A DNA stretch of 24,000 nucleotides from an uncultured Alphaproteobacteria bacterium (GTDB taxonomy: Bacteria; Pseudomonadota; Alphaproteobacteria; Rhizobiales; Kaistiaceae): positions 189,437-213,436 of the forward strand of contig CAWGKA010000009.1 in the NCBI GenBank assembly GCA_963823045.1, written 5' to 3'. The stretch's first letter is position 1, and each line of letters begins with the position of its first letter. This document shows positions 1 to 10,200 of this stretch, piece after piece. The notes beneath the pieces were generated by a model. It was not told the DNA's origin. It was given only the letters and a program-made list of their open reading frames with translations, and made no database searches. The position numbers and the translations under genes are program-made.

Positions 1-128
1 ACGAGCGCGTCGCGGAACTTCATCTCGGCAAGATCGGCGTGAAGCTGACCAAGCTCTCGGAGAAGCAGGCGAAATATATCGGCGTGCCTGTCGATGGGCC
101 GTTCAAGGCCGACCATTATCGCTACTGA
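1..128 (+). CDS. ahcY: S-adenosyl-L-homocysteine hydrolase, 3' end only (5' part lies outside the window)
   Basis: The frame starting at nt 3 reads [41 protein letters not shown], followed by TGA at 126-128. The KLT..QA.YIGV...GP.K.DHYRY tail is the conserved AhcY C-terminus. Confidence 0.85.
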   Translation, partial: ERVAELHLGKIGVKLTKLSEKQAKYIGVPVDGPFKADHYRY

Positions 129-129
129 C

Positions 130-177
130 GACGGCGGCGGCCTGTGCGCCGCCGTCACCAACCCCACGCGTGGGGTT
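130..177 (+). terminator. Two consecutive GC-rich hairpins just after the ahcY stop; possible terminator but no U-tract
   Basis: 130-139 gacggcggcg pairs with 147-156 cgccgccgtc (10 bp stem, 7 nt loop). 160-177 aaccccacgcgtggggtt is a perfect 18-nt palindrome. Neither is followed by a T-run. Confidence 0.3.
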
Positions 178-280
178 CATGCCGATTCGCCGAACCGCTA
201 GAGTAGACTGATTCGCGCCCCGCCGTGTCGCGTCGGGCGGGCCCGGATTCATCCTCTGGCAACGGCGGGGGCCTGTTGCG

Positions 281-2770
281 TTGCTTCGGCAGCACGGCAA
301 ATCACAACGATTCGGCGCGACGGTGAGACCGGCGCTCGCCATGGCAATCCTTGCCGGAGCGGCGGCTCTGGCGACGCCGGCGGCGGCGCAAAGCCTGACA
401 TCGGGCGGCCTCGGCGCCGAGGACATCATCATTCTCGCTGCCCTGATCGGCACCGTCTCCTTCGCCGTCATGAGCGCGATCGCACTCATCCGTTCGCGCA
501 ATCGCACCGAGGCGGAGAATGTGCGCCTCCTTGAGGAAACCGCCAATTTGCGCGCCGCCGCGGACCGCGCGGAGAGTCTCCTCAACACCGACGAGCAACG
601 CCTCGTCGTGTGGGAAGCGCCGGGAACCAGCCCCATCGTCGTCGGCGACCTGCCGAAAACCGCCGGCGCGCCGGGCAACCGTGCCGACTTCATCGCCTTC
701 GGCAGTTGGCTCGATTCCGATTCCGCGGCCCAACTCGACCGCGCCATCGACAGACTGCGCGAGCGGGGCGAGGTCTTCGCGCTGCCGCTGACGACGCGGC
801 AGGGCACGGATCTGCACGCCTCCGGACGAACCGCCGGCGGCCGCGCCGCGGTGCGCTTCCGCGACCTCACCGGTGACGCCTTGCGGCTGGCGCGGCTCGA
901 ATCGGTGCATCGTGCCCGTATTGCCGAGCTCGAGGCGATCAAGGCGACGCTCGACGCGGCCGGTCTGCCAAGTTGGATTCGCGATGGCGGCGGCCGGCTG
1001 CTTTGGGTCAACCATGCCTATTGCGAAGCGGTCGAAGCAGAAGACCGGGCCACCGTCATCCAGGACGGCATCGAGCTGATCGACCAGGCCGGGCGCGATG
1101 CCGTGGCCCGCGCCCATCGCGATGCGCCGTCCTTCCACCAGCGCCTCAGCGTCGTTGCGGCGGGAAGCCGGCTCGTCTTCGATATCACCGACGTCGTCAC
1201 TGGAACCGGCAGCGCCGGCATCGCCGTCGACGCCACCGAGATCGAGGCCTCCGAAGGGGCTTTGAAGCGCGTCACAGACTTCCAGGCGCGCACGCTGGAC
1301 CAGCTGGCGACGGCCGTTGCGGTGTTCGGTCCAGACCGCCGGCTGCGCTCCTACAACGCCGCATATCGCGCCTTGTTCGGCCTCGATGCCGGATTCCTCG
1401 ACACCAGCCCGGAGGAAGGCGCCGTCCTCGACCAATTGCGCGCCACGCGCAAACTTCCCGAGCAAGCCGACTTCCGCAGTTGGAAGCATGAGCTTCTGTC
1501 CGCCTATCAGGCGGTCGAGGCGCGGGAATATATGTGGCACCTGCCGGAAGGCCTGACGCTTCGCGTCATCGCCAATCCGCATCCGCATCCGCAGGGCGGC
1601 GTCACCTGGATCTACGAAAACGTCACCGAGCGTCTTGATCTCGAAAGCCGCTACAACGCGCTCATCCGCGTCCAGGGCGAAACGCTCAACCATCTGCGCG
1701 AGGGCGTCGCCGTGTTTGGGTCGGACGGACGCCTTCGCCTGCACAACCCCGCTTTCGCCACGATCTGGGGCCTCGACGAGGCAAAGCTGGAGCAGCACAC
1801 GCATATCGCGGACATCGCTGCAATCTGTCGAACCATGCTGCCGGACGCCAAGGAATGGGACAACCTCACGGCCTCGATCGCCGGCGTCGACGAAAGCCGT
1901 GCGGCCGTTGCCGGCAGGATGGAACTCGCGGGCGACCGCATCATCGATTACGCCACCGTGCCGCTGCCCGAAGGGCAGACCATGGTGACGTTCGTCGATA
2001 TTTCCGACTCGGTGCAGGTCGAACGGGCGCTCACCGAACGCAACGAGGCGCTGGAAGCATCGGATCGGCTGAAGAACGAATTCATCCAGCACGTTTCCTA
2101 TGAGTTGCGTTCGCCGCTCACAAATATCATCGGCTTCACGCAGTTGATGGCCGACGCCAATATCGGGCCGCTGAATCAGCGCCAGCGCGAATATGTCGGG
2201 TACATCATGACATCCGGCCAGTCGCTGCTGACCATCGTCAACGACATCCTGGACCTCGCCACGATCGACGCCGGCATCATGGAACTCGACCTCGCCGAGG
2301 TTGATCTCGTCGATGCCATCGACGCCGCAGTCGAGGGTCTGCGCGACCGCCTGGAAGAGCACCGCATCAAGATCGAAAAGCGCATTTCGCCGGAGGTAGG
2401 CTCACTCATTGCCGACGAGAAGCGTCTGCGCCAGATCCTCTTCAACCTCCTGTCAAACGCCGTCGGCTTCTCGAGCGAAGGCGGCGAGGTGTCGGTCACG
2501 GCGCGCCGGGAGGACGGCAACATCGTCCTCAGTGTCGAAGACGAGGGCGTCGGCATTCCCGACGATTTCATCGGCACGGTGTTCGACCGCTTCGAGTCGC
2601 GGCCAGGCGGCGCGGCCCGCGGCGGCGCCGGACTCGGCCTCGCCATCGTCAAGAGCCTCGTCGAACTCCATGGCGGGACGGTTTCGATTGCCTCGCGCCG
2701 CGACAAGGGGACGACCGTTCGCATTGTCCTGCCGTCGCGACCGCAGCCTGTCGGGATCGCGGCCGAATAG
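281..2770 (+). CDS. divL: DivL-like membrane-anchored PAS sensor kinase with HisKA and HATPase_c domains; Tyr replaces the phospho-acceptor His
   Basis: 829-aa ORF. It has an N-terminal hydrophobic segment (IIILAALIGTVSFAVMSAIALI) and repeated PAS-like blocks. The H-box reads FIQHVSYELRSPLTNI, with Y (codon 2099-2101) where His is expected. N-box FNLLSNAVGFS, G1 VEDEGVGIP and G2 GGAGLGLAIVKSLVELHGG are intact. The start is uncertain: TTG at 281 or ATG at 341. Confidence 0.8.
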   Translation: MLRQHGKSQRFGATVRPALAMAILAGAAALATPAAAQSLTSGGLGAEDIIILAALIGTVSFAVMSAIALIRSRNRTEAENVRLLEETANLRAAADRAESLLNTDEQRLVVWEAPGTSPIVVGDLPKTAGAPGNRADFIAFGSWLDSDSAAQLDRAIDRLRERGEVFALPLTTRQGTDLHASGRTAGGRAAVRFRDLTGDALRLARLESVHRARIAELEAIKATLDAAGLPSWIRDGGGRLLWVNHAYCEAVEAEDRATVIQDGIELIDQAGRDAVARAHRDAPSFHQRLSVVAAGSRLVFDITDVVTGTGSAGIAVDATEIEASEGALKRVTDFQARTLDQLATAVAVFGPDRRLRSYNAAYRALFGLDAGFLDTSPEEGAVLDQLRATRKLPEQADFRSWKHELLSAYQAVEAREYMWHLPEGLTLRVIANPHPHPQGGVTWIYENVTERLDLESRYNALIRVQGETLNHLREGVAVFGSDGRLRLHNPAFATIWGLDEAKLEQHTHIADIAAICRTMLPDAKEWDNLTASIAGVDESRAAVAGRMELAGDRIIDYATVPLPEGQTMVTFVDISDSVQVERALTERNEALEASDRLKNEFIQHVSYELRSPLTNIIGFTQLMADANIGPLNQRQREYVGYIMTSGQSLLTIVNDILDLATIDAGIMELDLAEVDLVDAIDAAVEGLRDRLEEHRIKIEKRISPEVGSLIADEKRLRQILFNLLSNAVGFSSEGGEVSVTARREDGNIVLSVEDEGVGIPDDFIGTVFDRFESRPGGAARGGAGLGLAIVKSLVELHGGTVSIASRRDKGTTVRIVLPSRPQPVGIAAE

Positions 2771-2779
2771 GACTGTGCC

Positions 2780-3289
2780 ATGTCCTCCACCGGCGACCAT
2801 GCTTGGCCACTCGTGATCAACCTCGCCGACGAGGCGGTGACGCAGCAGTTCGGCGCGGCCTTGGCGGGCATCCTCGCGATAGGCGATGTCGTCGCCCTTT
2901 CCGGCGAACTCGGTGCCGGAAAGACCAGCCTTGCCCGCGCAATCATCCAGAACCTCGCCGGCGAGGCCATCGATGTGCCCAGCCCGACATTCACGCTGGT
3001 GCAGGACTATCCGGACCTTCCCCTCCCCATCGCCCATTTCGACCTCTACCGCCTGCGCGACCCCGAGGAGTTGACCGAAATCGGCTTCCAGGAGGCAGAG
3101 GATAGGGCTGCAATCCTCGTGGAATGGCCCGATCGCGCCGGTTCCAGGCTCCCGGCGGACGCTCTTACCATCGTCCTGACGCTTGACGGCCGGGGCCGGA
3201 AGGCGGTCCTTTCGGGCGGCGGAAACTGGCGGCAGAGGCTTTATCCGGAAGGCAAAGCGTTTTTCCCTGCATCGCACAGAGGACCATGA
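2780..3289 (+). CDS. tsaE: tRNA threonylcarbamoyladenosine (t6A) biosynthesis ATPase TsaE (YjeE family)
   Basis: 169-aa ORF with Walker A SGELGAGKTSLARAII, PSPTFTLV and HFDLYRL motifs typical of TsaE/YjeE. The ATG lies 9 nt after the kinase stop. Confidence 0.85.
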   Translation: MSSTGDHAWPLVINLADEAVTQQFGAALAGILAIGDVVALSGELGAGKTSLARAIIQNLAGEAIDVPSPTFTLVQDYPDLPLPIAHFDLYRLRDPEELTEIGFQEAEDRAAILVEWPDRAGSRLPADALTIVLTLDGRGRKAVLSGGGNWRQRLYPEGKAFFPASHRGP

Positions 3290-3379
3290 TGGCTGGGTTC
3301 AGTCCAAGCCCGAGCTTTGCTATGACCGCGGAAGTCGCGATAATGGCGGCGAGGGTTTGACGTTTGCCTCAGGGACTCG

Positions 3380-4096
3380 ATGCCTAAGACTGCCATGGTG
3401 CTGGCTGCCGGACTGGGCAAGCGCATGCGCCCGATCACGGCCAATCTGCCCAAACCGCTGGTGCAGGTGGGCGGACGATCTCTGATCGACCATGCGTTCG
3501 ACCGCCTCGCCGAGGCGCATGTCGAAACCGCCGTTGTCAACGTCCACTATCTCGCCGACCGCATCATCAAGCATGTCCGCGGCCGGCACCGGCCGAAAGT
3601 GCTGATTTCCGATGAGCGCGCGCAGCTCCTCGAAACGGGGGGCGGCGTGGTCAAGGCCCTGCCACTCCTCGGCAAGGATCCGTTCTTCCTACTCAACTCC
3701 GATTCATTCTGGATCGAAGGACCGAAGGCCAATCTGCAGACCCTGGCGGAAGCCTGGGACGGCAAACGGATGGACGCGCTGCTGATGCTGGCGCCGACCG
3801 TGGCGGCGATCGGCTATGACGGCCGCGGTGATTTCTTCATGGATGGCGACGGCCACCTCACGCCGCGGCCGGAGCATGAGGTCGCGCCCTTCGTCTATAC
3901 CGGCGTTGCCATTGTCGACCCGGCCGCGATGTTTGCCGATGCCCCCGAAGGACCGTTTTCCCTGAACCTCCTTATCGACCGCGTCAGCGAGGCCGGCCGT
4001 TTGTTCGGCATGCGAATGGACGGCGTCTGGTTCCATGTCGGCACGCCGGCAGCGATCGACGAGGCCGAGCACGCTCTGATCGTCAACGCCGCCTGA
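3380..4096 (+). CDS. Sugar-1-phosphate nucleotidylyltransferase family protein (MurU-like)
   Basis: 238-aa ORF with the N-terminal signature MVLAAGLGKRMRPITANLPKPLV of the NTP_transferase fold. The position between tsaE and addB matches the MurU-like gene of other alphaproteobacteria, as I recall that synteny. Confidence 0.75.
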   Translation: MPKTAMVLAAGLGKRMRPITANLPKPLVQVGGRSLIDHAFDRLAEAHVETAVVNVHYLADRIIKHVRGRHRPKVLISDERAQLLETGGGVVKALPLLGKDPFFLLNSDSFWIEGPKANLQTLAEAWDGKRMDALLMLAPTVAAIGYDGRGDFFMDGDGHLTPRPEHEVAPFVYTGVAIVDPAAMFADAPEGPFSLNLLIDRVSEAGRLFGMRMDGVWFHVGTPAAIDEAEHALIVNAA

Positions 4097-4105
4097 CGCG
4101 CCCTG

Positions 4106-7100
4106 ATGCGGCGCGCCAACGTCTTCTCCATCCCCGCCGGCGCCCCCTTCCTGCCGATCCTCACCGACGCGCTCTTCGCCGGCCGCTTCGGAGCCATCGA
4201 CGAAAGCGACCCAATGGCGCTTGCCGGCGTCACCATCCTGCTGCCGACACGGCGCTCAGCGCGTGAGCTCCGCCGCATGCTGGTCGAGCGGAAGCCCGAG
4301 CGCGCGGCGCTGTTGCCGCGCATCCGGCCGATCGGCGATGTCGACGAGGAGGAGCATCTTCTCGCGGTCTCCAACGAGGACCCCGCCGACCGTCTCGTCC
4401 TGCCGCCTGAAATCTCGCGGCTCGAACGCAGCCTCGTCCTGTCGGAGCTGATCATGGCGTGGGGCCGCGCGCTCCGCTCTTCCGGCGACATGGCCGAAGG
4501 CATGATCCCGGCCTCGGCTGCCGACGCGGTGAAGCTCGCGGGCGATCTCGCCCGGCTGATCGACGACATGGAAACGGCGGGAATCGACTGGGAGGCGCTC
4601 CGAGAGCTGCCGCCGGAGGAATATGCCGGCTACTGGCAGCAGACGCTCGACTTCCTGACGATCGCCGGCGAGGCCTGGCCGCAGCACCTCGCCGAGAATG
4701 CGCGCGCCGATCCGGCGGCGCGGCGCGACCAGCTCGTCCGCGCGGAGGCCGCGCGGCTCGCGGCGACACCGCCTTCGGGTCCGATCATCGCCGCTGGTTC
4801 GACCGGCTCGATCCCGGCGACGGCCGCGCTGTTGAAGGTGATCGCCTCGCTGCCGGATGGCGCGGTCATCCTGCCCGGCCTCGATACGCGGCTCGATGAC
4901 GGAGAGCTGGGAAGCGATCGGCGACCTCGACGCGCCCGAGGCGTCGGCGCCGAGCCATCCGCAATTTGGGCTGAAGCGCCTCATCGCCGAGATCGGCATC
5001 CTCCGCGAGCGACGTCAGGTTCTCGGTTCGGCATCGCCACGCGTCGAAGCGCGTCGCGGCAATCGTCAGCGAAGCGATGCGGCCGGCCGCGACGACCGAG
5101 AGATGGGCCGATGGCGGAACCGGCTCCTGCCGAAGCGTTCGCCGGCGTCGGCCTCATCGAAGCGCGGAACGAGCAAGACGAGGCGCTCGCCATTGCCGTC
5201 GCGCTCCGTCGAGTCCATCGAAACGCCGGACCAGGTCGCGGCGCTGGTGACGCCGGACCGGACGCTGGCGCGACGCGTCGCCGTGGCGCTCCGGCGCTGG
5301 AACATCCGCGTCGACGATTCGGCCGGGCAGCCGCTCGATGCGACGCCTGCCGGCGTCTTCGTCCGCCTCCTCGCCGAGGTCGCCTTCACCGGCGATGCGA
5401 CCGCGATGATGGCGTTGACCAAGCATCCGCTCGCGCGCTTCGGCCGGTCGCGCGCCGAATGCCGCCGCGCCGCCGAGGTACTCGAAGTGGCGATCATGCG
5501 CGGCGCGAGCAGCGCCGGTACGATCGCTTCGCTGCCGCAGCGCCTGGTCGACCTCCATTTCCGCACCGACATGCGCTCCGACAATTTCGTGCCGAAGGCG
5601 CGTCGGCGACTGAGCAAGAAGGACTGGGAGCGAGCCGAGAGCCTGGCCCGCGCCCTGGGCAGCGGCGCTCGGGCCTCTTGAGGCGCTGGGCAGCGAAGGC
5701 GAGGTCTCGGTCGGCGAGGTGACGCGGGCGCTGGCAACGGCGCTCGAAACCGCCGCCGATGGCGGGCGCGGCGAAGGCCTCGCCGTGTGGGACGACCGCG
5801 CCGGCGAAGCGTTGGCGGAGCTCCTTGCCGGATTGATGACAGCGGGGCGGCTCCGGGTCCCGCCGCGCGAATATCCGGCCTTCCTCGCCGCAGCGATGGC
5901 TGGTGTGACCATCGCGCCGGAGATCGGCGTCGACCCGCGTATCCACATCTGGGGCGCGCTCGAGGCACGCCTGCAGACGGCCGATCTGATCATCCTCGCC
6001 GGCCTCGACGAAGGCGTCTGGCCCGGCGAAATCCGCACCGATGCCTGGCTGTCGCGGCGGATGCGGAACGCCATCGGCCTGCCGCCGCCCGAGCGCCGTA
6101 TCGGCCTTGCCGCGCATGACTTCACCCAGGCGATGGCGAATGAACGCGTCATCCTCACCCGCGCCGAACGGCGCGGCGGGACGCCGACGGTGACCTCGCG
6201 CTGGCTCCAACGGCTGGAAGCGATCGCCGGCGAAGAGCGCATGAAGGAGATGCGGTCGCGCGGTACGCGTTTTCTCATGCTTGCGCGCGGGCTCGATGCC
6301 GTGCCGCCTTCCGACGTTCGCCCCGAGGCGCGGCCGGAACCACGGCCGCCGCTGGAAGCTCGGCCGCGCGAGCTTTCGGTGACGTCGATCGAGAACCTCA
6401 TCCGCGATCCGTACTCGGTCTATGCGCGCCGCGTGCTGCAGCTCGAGCCGCTCGACCCGATCGGCCAGCGCGCCGACCCGCGGCTCCGCGGTTCGCTCAT
6501 CCACGACGCCTTCGCCGAGTTCACGAAGGCCTGGAAAGGTCCGTTCGACGACGACGCCCGAGCCGAGCTGCTGCGGCAATGGCGGAAGCAGTTCGAGGAG
6601 ATCGCGGCCTTCCCCGAGGTCCACGCCGTCTGGCTACTGAAGGCCGACTGGATCGCGGACTGGATGATCGACTGGGAGGCCGGACGAGACGACGAGGTTG
6701 CGTCGCGTCACCCCGAGATCGCCGGGAGGTTCGCGTTCGCCTCGATCGGCGGCGCCTTCACGCTCACCGGCCGGGCCGACCGTATCGATATCCTCAAGGA
6801 CGGCCGCGCCTCGATCTACGACTACAAGACCGGCATTCCGCCGACGGCGAAGCAGGTGCTGCGTGTTCCAGCCGCAGCTCGCGCTCGAAGGGGCGATGCT
6901 GCGCGAAGGGGGGTTCGGCGAACCGTTCAAGGGCCGCGCCATCGCCGAGCTCGCGTGGATCGGCCTCGGCCGCATCGGCAAGGACGATCCGATGCGTTCC
7001 GCCGTTGACGGACGAGATGACGGCGGACAGTGTCGCCGAATATGCGCTCGGCTTCCTGCGAAACCTCATCGCGGCCTATGACGACCCGCAGAAGGGCTAT

Positions 7101-7202
7101 GTCAGCCAGGCGCGGCCGATGTTCGAGCGGCGCATCCCGGGCGACTATGACCATCTCGCGCGCGTTTCCGAATGGCGCTACGCGGCGCGGCCGAAGCCAT
7201 GA
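4106..7202 (+). pseudogene. addB: Double-strand break repair protein AddB (alphaproteobacterial type), interrupted by about 7 frame changes as sequenced
   Basis: Recognisable AddB sequence runs through four track ORFs (4106, 4857, 5719, 6579) plus short stretches in other frames. Examples are MRRANVFSIPAGAPFLP, HPQFGLKRLIAEIG, VSEAMRPAATTERW, GVGLIEARNEQDEALAIAVALR, LVTPDRTLARRV and GRADRIDILKDGRASIYDYKTG. Frame changes lie near 4900, 5045, 5115, 5210, 5665, 6861 and 7010, all +1. The span is 3097 nt = 3n+1, which fits 7 extra bases. The TGA at 7200-7202 overlaps the addA ATG (ATGA). Confidence 0.85.
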
Positions 7203-10200
7203 CGGCAAGGCGCGAGATCGACCCGACGACGAAGCAGCGCCAGTCCGACGCCTCGGCGCCGAACCGCTCCGCCTGGGTGTCGGCCAATGCCGGCTCGGGC
7301 AAGACGCATGTGCTGGCGCAGCGCGTGGTACGGCTTCTCCTTTCCGGCGCTGATCCCGCCCGCCTCCTCTGCCTCACCTTCACCAAGGCCGCCGCGGCGG
7401 AGATGGCGATCCGCGTCTTCGCACCGGCTGTCGGAATGGGTCGACCAGCAGCGATGCCGAACTCGACGCCAAGCTTGAAGATCTCGAAGGCCGCAAGCCG
7501 ACGGCGGAGATGCGGCGCGCGCGCGCGGCGTCTCTTCGCGCTGGCGCTGGAGACGCCGGGCGGCTTGAAGATCCAGACCGTCCACGCCTTCTGCGAGAGG
7601 CTGCTGCATCAGTTCCCGTTCGAGGCGGGCGTCGCCGGGCATTTCCAGGTGCTGGAGGAGAACGCCGCCGCCGTGCTGATCGCGGACGCGCGGCGCGAGC
7701 TTCTCGGCAAGGCAGCCGCCGACCTCGACAGCCCGCTTGGCGAGGCGCTGCAAACGGTGGTCCTCGCTTCCTCCGACCGCGGCTATGAGGACGCCATCCG
7801 CGAGCTCCTGGAGGATCGCGCCGCCTTCGACCGCTGGATCGCCGATGCCGGATCGTTCGAGGCGGCGCTGGCGCAACTCCGCTCCGCGCTCGGCGTCGAG
7901 GGCGCGCCTTCGCTCGCCGCCGTCGAGGCGCGGATCCTCGGCGAGACCCCGCTCAGCAATGAGGACCTTGCCCGTCTCGTCGCCGAACTGCGGAAGACGA
8001 AAGGAACAAATGACGGCAAGGCTGCGGACCGGCTGGAGCCCTTTTTCCACGCGCCCGACGATGCCGGCCGGCTCGCCGCCTATCGCGACTTCTTCTGCAA
8101 ATCGGATGGCGGCGTGCGGAAGGTGTCGACGCTCGTCACCAACAAGGTGCGCGATGCCTGGCCGGAGATCGACGAACGGCTGACCGCCGAATGCCGCCGT
8201 CTGGAATCGCTGATCGAAATGGCGAATGCGGCCGAGACCTACAGCGTCAGCGCCGCGATGCTGCGCCTCGCCGAGGCGGTGCTGTCCTCCTATGCGCGAG
8301 CGAAGTCGGTCCGCGGCCTCCTCGATTTCGACGATCTCATCGCGCGCACGCTCGATCTGTTGCAGCGCTCGGGCGCGGCGCGCTGGGTGCATTACAAGAT
8401 CGACCAGGGCATCGACCACATCCTCCTCGACGAGGCGCAGGACACGAGCCCCGGCCAGTGGCGCGTGATCAACGCACTCGCCGACGAGTTCTTCGCCGGC
8501 GACAGCGCGCATCAGGGGACGCGAACGCTGTTCGCCGTCGGCGACGAGAAGCAGTCGATCTATTCCTTCCAGGGTGCGGTTCCGGCGTGGTTCAGCCGGG
8601 TCAAGCGTGAGATTTCGGCGAAGGCTGCGGCGGCGGGACAACCCTTCAGCGACATCGAACTCACAGTCTCCTTCCGCTCGACGCCTGACATCGTCGAGCG
8701 CCGTCGACAAGGTGTTCACGCCAGCGCTGGCGCATACCGGGCTTTCGGCCGAACCGAAGGCCCCGGTGCATGAGGCTGTTCGGCGTGGCGAACCCGGCAT
8801 GGTCACGATCTGGCCGATGGAAGAGCCGCCGCAGATGCCGGAGCCCGGCGACTGGGCGGAGCCGCTCGACCATCTCGGCGATTCCGCACCGGAAGTCGTG
8901 CTCGCCAACCGCATCGCCGGTACCATCCGTTCATGGCTCGACAAGCCGGAATGCCTCGAAGCCACGGGCAAGCCGATCACGCCCGGCGGCATTCTCATCC
9001 TGGCGCGGCGGCGCGGACAGCTCTCCGAGGCGATCAATCGCAGCCTCAAGGCGCATGGCGTTCCGGTGGCCGGCGCCGACCGCATCGCCCTCGCCGACCA
9101 CATCGCCGCAAAGGACCTCATCGCGCTCGGCGACGTGGCGCTGCAGGACCGCGACGACCTCTCGCTCGCGACCGTGCTCAGAAGCCCGCTCTTCGGCCTA
9201 TCCGACGAAGCGCTCTACGCGCTCGCCTATGACCGCGGCCATCGCTCGCTGTGGCTGGCGCTGAAGGATGCGTCGGACGCCGAACCCTTCGCCACGCCCT
9301 TCGCGCGACTGAAGCAACTGCGCGCCCGCGCCGACACGGTCGGGCCGTTCGCCTTCTTCGCCGACATACTCGGACCTGGCGGCGGACGGCGGCAATTCGC
9401 CGAGCGCCTCGGCGCTGAGGCAGACGACCTGCTCGACGAATTCCTCGCCCAGGCGCTTGCCTATGAGCGGTTGGAGACGCCCTCGCTGCAAGGCTTCCTC
9501 GGCTGGATCCGGTCGACGGCGACGGAGATCAGGCGCGAGACCGACACCTCGCAGAACGAAGTCCGGGTCATGACCGTCCACGGCGCCAAGGGTCTGGAGG
9601 CCGATGTCGTCTTCCTCATCGACGACGGCTCCGCGCCGGCCTCGGCTGGTCATGATCCGAACTTCCTCATCATGACCGACGATCCCGATGCGGCCGAGCC
9701 TGCGCCCCTCGTCTGGGCGCGCGGCACGAGCAAGAAGCCGGAGCGTGTGCGCGACCTCCTCAGCGCGCACCGGGAGCGCGAGAAGCAGGAATATCGCCGG
9801 CTCCTCTATGTCGGGCTGACGCGGGCGCGCGACCGCCTCTATGTCTGCGGCACGGTCAAGGAGAACACCACTGACAAGACTGGCGGCTGGCACGCTCTCG
9901 TTTCCGCGGCGCTGAGGCCAGAGGCGACCGAGACGAGCGATCGACGGCACGCCGGCATTCGAGTGGCGCGCCGCCGGCACACGGGCCGCGGCTGCTCCGG
10001 CCATGGCGGCGCCAACGGCGCTGACGGCAACGCGACCTCCCGACTGGCTGAAACGCTCAGTCAGCGCGGCGCGGGCGCTCCGGCGCATCACCCCGTCGCA
10101 AGCCTTCACGCCCCCGCCCACCGGGGAGGCGCAGGCCGATTTCGAGGCGCGCCGGCTCGGCGCCGAAGGGGCGCTGCAGCGCGGCCGGCTGATTCATCGC

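Noticed and set aside
1577-1594. A short tandem hexamer, ccgcat ccgcat ccgcag.
   Set aside because: It has only about 2.5 units and encodes PHPHPQ inside the kinase. It is a trivial coding microrepeat.
302-2362. A 686-aa minus-strand ORF opposite the kinase gene. Similar long ORFs occur at 7178..9121 (-), 12669..14774 (+), 15649..16809 (+), 17430..18563 (+), 18675..19667 (+) and 20622..21464 (+).
   Set aside because: They are Arg/Ala/Gly-rich with no recognisable motifs. Each lies antisense to, or out of frame with, a gene that has clear homology. These are typical shadow ORFs of a high-GC genome, where stop codons are rare.
3021-3029. A cccctcccc core identical to the arm of the hairpin repeat at 15202-15346.
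   Set aside because: It lies inside tsaE (encoding LPLPIA) and has no complementary arm nearby. This is a chance match in GC-rich coding sequence.
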